Assembly: GCA_038227435.1 (NCBI GenBank)
Contig: JBBRPW010000002.1
Coordinates: 1-35,553 of the forward strand
DNA length: 35,553 nucleotides
Source: Minisyncoccia bacterium
GTDB lineage: Bacteria > Patescibacteriota > Minisyncoccia > Phycocordibacterales > CALRBL01
Reading direction: 5' to 3'
Shown: one piece after another, positions 17,812 through 27,192 of the stretch
How the letters are laid out: each line of letters begins with the position of its first letter
Position numbering within the stretch: the first letter of the stretch is position 1
Notes under the pieces: generated by a model
The model's database searches: none
What the model saw: only the letters and a program-made list of their open reading frames with translations
Told to the model about the DNA's origin: nothing
Translations under genes and position numbers: made by a program

Positions 17812-18819
17812 ATGTTGTTAGGAAAAGCCACACCAGATGATATGAATTTGCACCCATTAAGATACCCATGGGCGTATGATTTATATAACCAAGCAGTTCG
17901 AAATTCATGGTTTCCACATGAAATTGCTTTGGGAGAAGACTTGCGAGATTTTCAGGCAATGTCTCCTGATGAACAGCAAGCAGTTAAGTTTTTGATGGCT
18001 TTTTTCAATCCAGCAGAACTGATTGTAAACCGATCACTTGCTCTTGGTGTGTATCCATATGTAAAAGCACCCGAAGCGCACTTGTACCTAGCAAGGCAAA
18101 TGTTTGAAGAAGCAAACCACTGTGTGAGCTTCGAATATGTACTTCAAACATTCAACTTCGATCGAAATTCTATTTTCAATTTACACCTCGACACTCCTTC
18201 AATGAAAGCCAAAGAAGATTTCATTGCAAAATACGTTACTCGAATGACAGAACAGTCACTCGACATTGAATCAATCTCTGGAAAACAAGATTTTATTCGA
18301 AACTTGATTGCTACAAACTTGGTGATGGAAGGAATTTGGTTCTACAGTGGATTCATGGTGGCACTTTCATTCCGACAACGAAATCAACTTCGAAACTTCG
18401 CCTCAATGATTAACTGGGTACTTCGAGATGAAAGCTTACATCTTAAATTCGGTATTAACTTAATTACAGAAATTCTTTCAGAAAATGCTGATGTGGTAAC
18501 TCCAGCTTTCGCCGATGAAATTCGAAGCATTATTATCCAAGGAGTAGAACTTGAAGCAGCCTATAACCGAGATTTATTCCCACGAGGAATTTTGGGATTA
18601 AACGCTGATTACGTTAACCAGTACGTGCAATATGTTGCCGATAGACGATTAGAGGAACTTGGATTTGAAAAACATTTTAATGTATCAAACCCAGCAAAAT
18701 GGATGACTGTAACTGACACGTATGAACTTGTAAACTTCTTTGAAATGCAAAATACAAGTTACGAAGTAAACTCAACCGCATCAAGTGCGGCAGTAGCAAC
18801 TCCAGCTCCAACTGTGTAA
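17812..18819 (+). CDS. nrdB: Ribonucleotide reductase beta subunit, class Ic (R2c)-type signature
   Basis: WFPHEI, FFNPAE (E69), EEANHCVSF (E100, H103, F107), EGIWFYSGF, RDESLH, NFFE...Y. Confidence 0.93.
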   Translation: MLLGKATPDDMNLHPLRYPWAYDLYNQAVRNSWFPHEIALGEDLRDFQAMSPDEQQAVKFLMAFFNPAELIVNRSLALGVYPYVKAPEAHLYLARQMFEEANHCVSFEYVLQTFNFDRNSIFNLHLDTPSMKAKEDFIAKYVTRMTEQSLDIESISGKQDFIRNLIATNLVMEGIWFYSGFMVALSFRQRNQLRNFASMINWVLRDESLHLKFGINLITEILSENADVVTPAFADEIRSIIIQGVELEAAYNRDLFPRGILGLNADYVNQYVQYVADRRLEELGFEKHFNVSNPAKWMTVTDTYELVNFFEMQNTSYEVNSTASSAAVATPAPTV

Positions 18820-18870
18820 TACATTTAGCTCAAAACTAATTTCTCGGCACTCAATTCCTCACTTTAATTT

Positions 18871-19425
18871 ATGACACTCGGAACTCATGCAATTGTAGGA
18901 GCAACATTAGGCGCCATTGCGGGAAATCCTGCGGGCGCTTTTGTTATTGGCTTCCTCAGTCATTTTTTACTTGATGCAATTCCACACTGGGATTACAAGC
19001 TCGGTTCATTTGAAGAACCGGCCGTGGGAGTAAGTAAGTTAGAAACAAAAGTTCATTTTAATAAGACCTTTATCAAAGATTTATTCAAAATTAGCCTCGA
19101 TGTGCTTATTGGAATTATCGGTGCGAGCATAATTGCATATTTTGCTACAAAAAATATTGGAGGATTATTTGCGGCTGCAAATATAACACTTCTTTTTTCA
19201 GTTGCATTTGGTGCAATCGGGGGGATGTTACCCGACCCACTTCAGTTGGCTTACTATGTAATGAAAAGGGAACCACTTACTTCACTTCAAAAGTTCCACA
19301 TATGGATTCATACAGACATTAGATTAAAGGGAAGCACACAAAAGGAGATTTTGGGAGTTATTTCTCAAATAGTACTCGTTCTTATTGTTTCTTCTTTATT
19401 TCTTCTTTATTTAGTCTCTATTTAA
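18871..19425 (+). CDS. Membrane protein, possible membrane-bound metal-dependent hydrolase
   Basis: THAIVGA, SHFLLDAIPH, LPD, FHIWIH His/Asp motifs within TM helices. Confidence 0.65.
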   Translation: MTLGTHAIVGATLGAIAGNPAGAFVIGFLSHFLLDAIPHWDYKLGSFEEPAVGVSKLETKVHFNKTFIKDLFKISLDVLIGIIGASIIAYFATKNIGGLFAAANITLLFSVAFGAIGGMLPDPLQLAYYVMKREPLTSLQKFHIWIHTDIRLKGSTQKEILGVISQIVLVLIVSSLFLLYLVSI

Positions 19426-19481
19426 AATTTAGATCAATTTTATCTGACTTTGTTTTTTAAAAATTTCTGGTACGGTTAAAT

Positions 19482-20015
19482 ATGGCTAAAATATCTTTAT
19501 TTGGATGGGCAGGAACGGGTACCTCGAGTTTGGCAAAATCATTAAGTTCTCAACTCGGAATCACCTCGCTTTCAGCGGGAAATTTTTTTAGATCAATTGC
19601 TGATAAGCAAGGAATTAATCTACTTGATTTAGAGGAGCATGCAAAACTCGACACAACAATTGACGTCAGGGTTGAAGAAATGATTAAGGAATTCTCAAAA
19701 AATAATACAGACTTTGTAATCGAAGGACGTCTTTGTTGGTTTTCAGTACCCGACTCATTTAAAATTAAATTAACTTGTAATGATGAAGAACGGATTCGAA
19801 GAGTGTCAGTACGAGAAGGAAAAACCAAGGAATTAGTAGAACACGAAACAAAAACAAGAGAAAAATTGGCTATTTCGCGCTATTTTGAAATTTTTGGCAT
19901 CGAAAAAGTTGATGATGATATTCATTTTGATGCAATCTTAGATACTACCTCAATGAATGTACATGAAATGACCGAGCGGGTGATCGATATATTGAAACAT
20001 AAAAGAGTGATATAA
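19482..20015 (+). CDS. Cytidylate kinase-like protein (short, archaeal-type)
   Basis: P-loop GWAGTGTSS, SAGNFFR, VIEGRL, RIRRVSVRE, RYFEIFGI, LDTT. Confidence 0.78.
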   Translation: MAKISLFGWAGTGTSSLAKSLSSQLGITSLSAGNFFRSIADKQGINLLDLEEHAKLDTTIDVRVEEMIKEFSKNNTDFVIEGRLCWFSVPDSFKIKLTCNDEERIRRVSVREGKTKELVEHETKTREKLAISRYFEIFGIEKVDDDIHFDAILDTTSMNVHEMTERVIDILKHKRVI

Positions 20016-20025
20016 TTTCCTCATA

Positions 20026-21153
20026 ATGCGTGGTGATCTCTCATACAATCAAAAAAATAAAAGGCCAAAATCTGCCTTGTTTAAGAATGCTCGAAAATCG
20101 TTTCAAAAATATTTTATTCCACACGAAGGGAATAATCATCACCCTCATATTTTAAGGCAAGCGGCTTTTTCAGGCTTCGCTTTTTTAATTATGCTTGTGT
20201 TTGCATTTAGTACCTTTCAAGTTTTAATTTTCAAAAAAACTAATTTAACTGCTTTTATTTTTCCTGAGGTCTTAACTCAAATGTTAAATCAAGACCGGTC
20301 TCAAAATAATTTAAATACACTTACGGTAAATCAAACGCTTGTTCGCGTAGCTCAGGCCAAAGCAAATGACATGGCCAAGTATGGATATTTTGCCCACGTA
20401 AGCCCTGAGGGAAAAGAGCCGTGGTATTGGTTTGATCAAGAGGGATATAGTTATAAATATGCTGGGGAAAACTTAGCGGTAGATTTTACCGATTCAATTG
20501 ATGTAAACCAAGCATGGCTCAATTCGCCAACCCATCGAGCTAACTTACTTAATACTAAATTTACTGAAGTGGGGGTAGCAATGGCTAAAGGAATATATAA
20601 TGGTAGAGAAACTATTTTTATTGCGCAAGAATTTGGTGCACCAAAAAATGTTGATATAACTACTGCGGCACCAGTAGCTGAATCAGCAACAACGCAACCT
20701 ACCGAACCTGTACAAGACGCTGCATATATACCTCAGCCACAAAAAACAGTAGTAGCCACAGCACCAAATCAAAATTCAGTTAATTCAAGTGGAAACAAGA
20801 TAAACCCAGCTGTTAAAGGAGTCGAAGTTAACAATCAAGTGGTGACCAATAAAACAAACACTAAGCCGGTTGTATATACAGAAAACAAAACTGCTACTTC
20901 TTCACAAATAGAAGAAAGTGGAATAATTACAAAAGCAGAGCGAATCGCTACCAACCCAAAACGAATGATGGCGCTCGCCTACAGTTTAATAGGGGGCTTA
21001 ATTCTATTTGCCCTCATATTATTATTCGGAGTTGAGCGACACCGACACCATCACTCAATGTATGTGTACGGATTAATGCTTCTCCTTCTAATGTTTTCAC
21101 TTCTTATTTTCTTCCAATCATTTATCGCTACTTCAGGAAGTATTGCCGGATAA
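20026..21153 (+). CDS. CAP (SCP) domain membrane protein
   Basis: KANDMAKYGYFAHVSP, AGENLA, WLNSPTHRANLL; N- and C-terminal TM segments. Confidence 0.9.
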   Translation: MRGDLSYNQKNKRPKSALFKNARKSFQKYFIPHEGNNHHPHILRQAAFSGFAFLIMLVFAFSTFQVLIFKKTNLTAFIFPEVLTQMLNQDRSQNNLNTLTVNQTLVRVAQAKANDMAKYGYFAHVSPEGKEPWYWFDQEGYSYKYAGENLAVDFTDSIDVNQAWLNSPTHRANLLNTKFTEVGVAMAKGIYNGRETIFIAQEFGAPKNVDITTAAPVAESATTQPTEPVQDAAYIPQPQKTVVATAPNQNSVNSSGNKINPAVKGVEVNNQVVTNKTNTKPVVYTENKTATSSQIEESGIITKAERIATNPKRMMALAYSLIGGLILFALILLFGVERHRHHHSMYVYGLMLLLLMFSLLIFFQSFIATSGSIAG

Positions 21154-21189
21154 TTTAGCGCTCGTAGGCTTTACTGCTATAATTTATAT

Positions 21190-21525
21190 ATGAATAATTT
21201 AATCCACGCCGATTTGTTTTTTTTCGTTACAACTATTGTGGTAATTGTTGTCGGTCTATTAATCGCTGTTCTTATTGTGTATGTTCTCATTATTCTTAAT
21301 AATCTGAAAAAACTTTCAGAGCGCCTTAAGAAAGAGGGAATTGAAATTGTGGATGAATTTAGTGAATGGCGTGAACGAGTATCAGAGGTTGGAAGAAATG
21401 GCTTTGGAATCGGATCTGCCATCGCTTTCTTTTCAAACTTATTCAAAGGAAAAGTAAGGCCAAAACCACTTCATAAAAAGAATAAAGTAGTTATTGAAGA
21501 TGAAGACAACAGCGGTAATGAATAG
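21190..21525 (+). CDS. Hypothetical membrane protein
   Basis: Long N-terminal TM plus coiled-coil-like segment; -10 box directly upstream. Confidence 0.75.
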   Translation: MNNLIHADLFFFVTTIVVIVVGLLIAVLIVYVLIILNNLKKLSERLKKEGIEIVDEFSEWRERVSEVGRNGFGIGSAIAFFSNLFKGKVRPKPLHKKNKVVIEDEDNSGNE

Positions 21526-21617
21526 TAGAATAAATATAGGTCAGTAACTTTGCAGGTATACTTTTTTAAAAAGTTCGGTTATCTTCATTTATAATTAATT
21601 AAAATTTAAACAAAAAC

Positions 21618-22058
21618 ATGTCAAGCAAAAAAACTACAAATAGTAAGGGAGGCGTTGCAGCTCCAATTGGAATTGCAGTAGCAGCACTTGCTGGAATTGC
21701 CGGAGCTTACTTTTTATACGGATCAAAAGACGCTAAACATAATCGAAAGCAAGTAAAAGGATGGGTAGTGAAAGCTAAAGGAGAAGTAATTGAGCGATTA
21801 GAAAAATTAAAAGATGTAACCGAAGAGGACTATCATATGGTAGTTGATACGGTAGTCTCAAAATACCAAGCTCTTAAAAAAGGAGAGCCTGATCAAATTG
21901 TACAGCTCGTAAAAGAATTAAAAGGATATTGGAATAATATTCGAAAAGATGTTGCCTCAAAAACAAAAGGAAGTGGAAAGGCAGTTACTAAAGCCACAAA
22001 AACAATTAAAGCTGCAGCAAAAAAAGCAGTTGCTGAAGTAAAGAAGGCAGCTAAATAA
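21618..22058 (+). CDS. Hypothetical protein (YtxH-like TM anchor, Lys/Ala-rich tail)
   Basis: AVAALAGIAGAYFLYG segment; C-terminal KAAAKKAVAEVKKAAK. Confidence 0.75.
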   Translation: MSSKKTTNSKGGVAAPIGIAVAALAGIAGAYFLYGSKDAKHNRKQVKGWVVKAKGEVIERLEKLKDVTEEDYHMVVDTVVSKYQALKKGEPDQIVQLVKELKGYWNNIRKDVASKTKGSGKAVTKATKTIKAAAKKAVAEVKKAAK

Positions 22059-22145
22059 TTTTTCAAATATTTATATAATCTTTTGGCTTTCTTAATGCCT
22101 GTCATGGTATTTTGAGAGTGTCCTAAGTTGTGATAAGAATGGTGT

Positions 22146-22973
22146 ATGAAAGACTCTATTAAAGGTTCAAATAAAGATTCCAATAAAGACACCTCTTGGG
22201 AAGCTGTTTCTGCCTGGTACGACACCCTACTCTCAGGTGAAAATACATTTCAAAATAAAGTAATACTTCCTCACGTATTACGCCTTCTAGAGCCAGTAGC
22301 GGGTAAAAAAGTGCTCGACATTGCTTGTGGTCAGGGTTATTTTTCATTTGTGCTACATCAAGAGGGAGCTGAGATAGTTGGTATTGATGCATCTCCAAGC
22401 TTAATTAAATTAGCAAATGAAGAGCGCGATACTAATGACAAGGTAAAAAACAAAAAAACAATTTCATTTGAGATTCGAAAAGGAGATGATCTACACGGAA
22501 TCGATACCGAAAGTTTTGATGCGGCGATTATTATTTTAGCCATTCAAAATATTAAAAATGTTGGTGGGGTATTTGCTGAAGCAAAACGAGTCTTAAAAAA
22601 AGATGGATCAATGATTATGGTGCTCAATCATCCATCATTTAGAATTCCACAGCATTCAGATTGGATATATCGCGAAGCAAGAGGGAATATGGAAGCAAAA
22701 CAATCAAGAGTAATTGATACTTATATTTCTGAAAAAGAATTAGAAATTATTATGAACCCCGGCGCACTTATTAAAGATCAGAAAACAACGGTTTCATTTC
22801 ACCGCCCCCTTCAATATTTTACAAAAATGCTTGCTAAACACGGTCTCGGTATTTCTCGCTTAGAAGAATGGAATTCTCATAGAGAAAGTGAGCAAGGTCC
22901 ACGAAAAGAAGCAGAAGATAAAGCTCGAAAAGAAATTCCAATGTTTATGATGATTGAGGTGAAGAAGTGGTAA
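22146..22973 (+). CDS. Class I SAM-dependent methyltransferase
   Basis: VLDIACGQG motif I, GIDAS, FDAA, LKKDG, FHRPL. Confidence 0.9.
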   Translation: MKDSIKGSNKDSNKDTSWEAVSAWYDTLLSGENTFQNKVILPHVLRLLEPVAGKKVLDIACGQGYFSFVLHQEGAEIVGIDASPSLIKLANEERDTNDKVKNKKTISFEIRKGDDLHGIDTESFDAAIIILAIQNIKNVGGVFAEAKRVLKKDGSMIMVLNHPSFRIPQHSDWIYREARGNMEAKQSRVIDTYISEKELEIIMNPGALIKDQKTTVSFHRPLQYFTKMLAKHGLGISRLEEWNSHRESEQGPRKEAEDKARKEIPMFMMIEVKKW

Positions 22974-23215
22974 TTATTATACGATTGAGTTGTGGTAGTG
23001 ATCTATATAAATGAAAAGAGACAACCATTTAAGCTTGTCTCATTTTTCTTTCTATGAAAGTGTAATAAAAAATATTTTTGTAACATGACATATATTGTCT
23101 TTTTTGTACAAATCAATTTTTCAATAAAATTATTTATCCAGTATTTTGGACAAAAACCCAAACCAATCGAAACAAATTTGTTTCGAACCAATTCTAGCTT
23201 TACCGACCAATAATC

Positions 23216-23662
23216 CTAGTCCTTCCGAAGAAGTTTGTGGTTAAGTGGTGAGTACACTGAGATCCAGTTCAGCTTTCCGTTTTGATTCATAACGTAAAGC
23301 ATGCGTCCTCCCAAAATATTGAAAACAACATTAACGTGAGTTTTTGTCGCAACAAGTATTCGAAGGCCGTTCTCGTGAGTCTTTGAAGGAGACCATTCCT
23401 GGGTGAGCGGACGAAGGCTCATACCAAATCGATTGATGTCCTCATCTTTCACTTTGGTAAGGTACTGCGGAGGCTTAAAGAAAAAGCCAGGCACAGCATT
23501 CCAGTGAAGGTAGAGGCCATCATGGGTGGCATATAGACCTATGCACGGTCGGCATTCATTCTCTCTCCACCAATGGCGGAGAAAATCACGATTAGCAATA
23601 TGATCATAGTGCTCAGGATCCAGCTCGATAGGTCCGGGATGGACGTTCAAGGTTACTTTCAT
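23216..23662 (-). CDS. Hypothetical protein (compositionally atypical orphan)
   Basis: 148 aa, visibly more GC-rich than flanks; own TTGACA promoter (23772-23767) and a leader hairpin GGCC-gaaa-GGCC (23681-23692). Confidence 0.7.
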   Translation of the reverse strand: MKVTLNVHPGPIELDPEHYDHIANRDFLRHWWRENECRPCIGLYATHDGLYLHWNAVPGFFFKPPQYLTKVKDEDINRFGMSLRPLTQEWSPSKTHENGLRILVATKTHVNVVFNILGGRMLYVMNQNGKLNWISVYSPLNHKLLRKD

Positions 23663-23820
23663 TATTTACTGTTCTATTGTGGCCTTTCGGCCGGGTTTTT
23701 GAGGTACAGAAGTGTGGGTACTTGGATTCGCCACGCCGAATAAAACAATACAATATATTGTTATTTTGTCAATAATAGCGAAACTGAGAACTTTTTTAGT
23801 GATTTTTAATTAACTTCGAC

Positions 23821-24999
23821 CTAACAAACGTTTGAAGTATTTGAATACACAATATTCTTAGCCAAAATAATTCCACTAATTAATAGCGCTGCCGCTACAA
23901 AAAATAAATATGGAAGTGTGGTGTAGCTTAATATAATTGCACCAAGGAGTGGTCCGATTACAAACGCAAACGGATGAGAGAGACGCCAAAACTCAATTAC
24001 CTGACTATTGGTGTCGTCAATCTGTTTGAAAAAATAACTTTCAGTTCCAACTTCAACAAAACTTGCTCCCATTCGTAATACAAATAATGTGACTGCCCAA
24101 AGTAGAATTGTGGGCGCCGTAACAAAAGGAATTGCTAAAAAAGAGAAAAACATAATCCAAAGCCCTCCTCGAATAATATTTTTTTCGGCATTAAACATAT
24201 CGGCAAATTTTCCAAGTGGTGATTGAAAAAGGATAAATGAAACTAGAGAAAAGGCGATTGCAATTGATGCATCTTTAATAGTCATACCAAGGACTGAGCT
24301 CAAATAGAGTGGAACGTACACAATCATAAATGTGTATGAAAGTTGTAGTAAAAATGATGCAACAAACACTGATCGTATCTTTTTATTGTGAATAAGTTCA
24401 CGAGCAAGTACACCTGTTTTAACTTGCTTATATACACTGTCTTTGAATCCTCTAAAAAAGACTACATTAACAATTACTAAAGAAAGCATAAAGGCTGCCG
24501 AAAGTAGGTAGGGCGCCATATACACCTGTTGTGCGTTCACAGATACAACAATGAGAGACCCTGATGCCAGTGCAGCAACAGGGGCACATGCATTAAAGAT
24601 CATTAAAAAGAGACCTCGAATAGAACCTGTTTTTGCTCGCTCACTCCAATGCTCTAAATAAATATCGAATGATAGAAAGAAAAGAGGAATGAGTGCGTGA
24701 CGAATAATGAATACCGCGCCAATGAGATATGGATTAGAAGACAATGCCATTACAATTAATGTGAAAAACTCTAAAATTGCACACCACAAAAATAACTTAT
24801 TGTTTCCAACTTTTTGAAGTAGAGGATTGATCGTTAGGAATGCAATAATAGTGAGGATCGATCCGACCGAATAGAGTAAGCTAATTGTAGTATTGCTGAA
24901 GTATTGAAGAAGAAAACTAGAACTAATATATGTAGTGAGGAAGTAGTGTAGGGAAAAAAGAATTGTCGCGCCGTATACGATCGAAAGATTTTTATTCAT
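23821..24999 (-). CDS. MFS transporter
   Basis: About 12 TM segments; GKFADMF motif-A-like; 392 aa. Confidence 0.88.
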   Translation of the reverse strand: MNKNLSIVYGATILFSLHYFLTTYISSSFLLQYFSNTTISLLYSVGSILTIIAFLTINPLLQKVGNNKLFLWCAILEFFTLIVMALSSNPYLIGAVFIIRHALIPLFFLSFDIYLEHWSERAKTGSIRGLFLMIFNACAPVAALASGSLIVVSVNAQQVYMAPYLLSAAFMLSLVIVNVVFFRGFKDSVYKQVKTGVLARELIHNKKIRSVFVASFLLQLSYTFMIVYVPLYLSSVLGMTIKDASIAIAFSLVSFILFQSPLGKFADMFNAEKNIIRGGLWIMFFSFLAIPFVTAPTILLWAVTLFVLRMGASFVEVGTESYFFKQIDDTNSQVIEFWRLSHPFAFVIGPLLGAIILSYTTLPYLFFVAAALLISGIILAKNIVYSNTSNVC

Positions 25000-25020
25000 T
25001 CAACCAGTATAACGTAAAAT

Positions 25021-27123
25021 CTATACAGTTCTAATAACCGTAATAATAATCGGCTTCTTTGCAGTTTCTTGGAATAGGAATCGTCCAACTTCATCGTTTA
25101 CAATATTTTTTACGTAGTCGAAATTAATGTTGTTTCCATCATTGTCAGTTCGCACTTGTGCGCCTGGGCGGGGAGCGGCATTAAGATTAATATTTCGTTC
25201 AATTGATCGTTTAATAATAAATCGAACTTCTCGCAAAATGTCTTGTGATTCTTGTAAGTACACAGATCCTCTTGAAATAATGTCAGGCGATTGTCGAATC
25301 TTTCCAGTTTTCTGATCAAGCAAAGCAAAGATTACAAAGATTCCGTCTTGGCTCAAAATTTGTCGATCTCGCATCACTACTTCTTGAATGTCTCCCACAG
25401 TAAAACCGTCTACAGTAACTGCAGCTGATGGAGCCTTTTCTTTAAGCACTACCATCTTCTTTCCTTCATCTTGAATTTCAATAATAGTTCCGTCATCTGG
25501 TACTACAATGTTCTCTTCTTTCATTCCTAAGTCCATTGCAAGTTGAGCATGGAGTTTTAGCATGTAGTGAGATCCGTGAATTGGAATAAAGAATTTAGGT
25601 TTAATTTTTCGGTGGAGCCATTCAATTTCACCTCGGTTTCCGTGACCTGTTGAGTGAATGTATACATCTGACGTTCGATATTCAATAATCTTGGCTCCTT
25701 GGCGCGACAAATTATCTTTCAATTTCTGCACCGCTTTTTCATTTCCAGGAATAATTGATGATGAAAGAAGCACTGTGTCTCGTGGAGTTAGTTGTAAGTA
25801 TTTGTAATTCTTAACTGACATTCGGCTAAGCGCCGCAAATTCATCTCCTTGAGCACCTGTAGCAATAACTACAATTTTATCAGGCGCATATTTATCCATG
25901 TCGCGTGCATCAATAATCGTGTCTTTCTTTACATTCAAAAGACCAGCGAGTGTGGCAATTTCCACATTTGTTTTCATTGTTCGTCCTTCAACCACGACTT
26001 TCTTTCCGTACTTCTCCGCACTCATAATCATATTAATGATTCGCTCAAGTTGTGAAGCAAACAATCCAACAATTAATCGTCCTTTAATTGATTTGATAAT
26101 TTCATCAAGGTTTTCATGTACTAATCGTTCAGGAGTTGAAAATCCAGGGTTGGCAACGTTTGTAGAATCGGAAAGCATACAAAGCACATTCATAGTGTCG
26201 AACACCTTATATTCTTTTTCTTCTCGCTCAGATGGAATTCCATCAGTGTGCTCAAGTTTATAATCTCCAGGAGTTACAACGGCTCCGTATGGAGTTTCAA
26301 TAATAATTCCCATTGAATCTGGAATCGTATGTGTTACTCCAAAAAACGACACAATTAAGTTTCCAATTTTTAGTTTTTCATTTTTCTCTACAATTTTATA
26401 GTCAACAGGGGGAAGATGAGGAAATTCTGTTTGTCGTTTCTTAATCATTAATGCCGAAAGATTTCGAGTGTAGAGTGGTGGGTTTCCAATTCGATCCATA
26501 ATGAAGGGAAGTCCTCCAATGTGGTCGAGGTGGGCGTGCGTAATGATCATAGCTCGAACACGATCTTTTCGATCTTCTAAATATCGAGTGTTAGGTAAAA
26601 TATAATCGATACCCGGTGTCCCTTCTTCTTTAAATTGAAAACCAGCGTCGATTACAATAATGTCATCACCAATTTCAATGGCAGTCATGTTTTTTCCAAT
26701 TTCCTCTACTCCTCCAAGTGGAATGATTCGAATGTTTTGTCCTACGAGTGGAATTTCATTCTCTCGTTTTGTAAGAGGTTGAGATGTTGAAGGTCGAATA
26801 CGTCTGTGTTCCGGGCGCTTCATTCGTGAGATTGGTCGGTTTCGACTCCGTGCGCGTACAGGAGCACCTGTTCCGGGGCCAGCTGGTGCTGCCGTTGGAG
26901 CTCCAGGAGCGGCTGTTGTTGTGGCAGCAGGCATGGCTGGAGCGGCATCTACTGCGGCCACACTTCCACGACTTTGATGTGGATATGAAGATTTTCTAAA
27001 GCTTCCTTCAGTTCCGAGCATGTCGGTTGCGGCATGTACTCCGGTACTTCTCGTATTTTTTGGGTCGGGAGTAAGGGCTGCAACAACTGCTCCTAATGGT
27101 GATTTGTTTTCTGATGTGTTCAT
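25021..27123 (-). CDS. rnj: Ribonuclease J with N-terminal disordered extension
   Basis: IPLGGVEEIGKNM, THAHLDHIGG, HTIPDS, GDYK, ATGAQG, HSTGH, PIHG. Confidence 0.96.
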   Translation of the reverse strand: MNTSENKSPLGAVVAALTPDPKNTRSTGVHAATDMLGTEGSFRKSSYPHQSRGSVAAVDAAPAMPAATTTAAPGAPTAAPAGPGTGAPVRARSRNRPISRMKRPEHRRIRPSTSQPLTKRENEIPLVGQNIRIIPLGGVEEIGKNMTAIEIGDDIIVIDAGFQFKEEGTPGIDYILPNTRYLEDRKDRVRAMIITHAHLDHIGGLPFIMDRIGNPPLYTRNLSALMIKKRQTEFPHLPPVDYKIVEKNEKLKIGNLIVSFFGVTHTIPDSMGIIIETPYGAVVTPGDYKLEHTDGIPSEREEKEYKVFDTMNVLCMLSDSTNVANPGFSTPERLVHENLDEIIKSIKGRLIVGLFASQLERIINMIMSAEKYGKKVVVEGRTMKTNVEIATLAGLLNVKKDTIIDARDMDKYAPDKIVVIATGAQGDEFAALSRMSVKNYKYLQLTPRDTVLLSSSIIPGNEKAVQKLKDNLSRQGAKIIEYRTSDVYIHSTGHGNRGEIEWLHRKIKPKFFIPIHGSHYMLKLHAQLAMDLGMKEENIVVPDDGTIIEIQDEGKKMVVLKEKAPSAAVTVDGFTVGDIQEVVMRDRQILSQDGIFVIFALLDQKTGKIRQSPDIISRGSVYLQESQDILREVRFIIKRSIERNINLNAAPRPGAQVRTDNDGNNINFDYVKNIVNDEVGRFLFQETAKKPIIITVIRTV

Positions 27124-27192
27124 ATATGTATTTGATAATAATGTTAATTAATAATTTTTTATAATTTATATTTGATTTCTAATATGTAAATT

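Noticed and set aside
23003-23191. 62-aa minus-strand ORF
   Set aside because: Non-ATG start, AT-rich, runs through palindromes and hairpins; likely intergenic.
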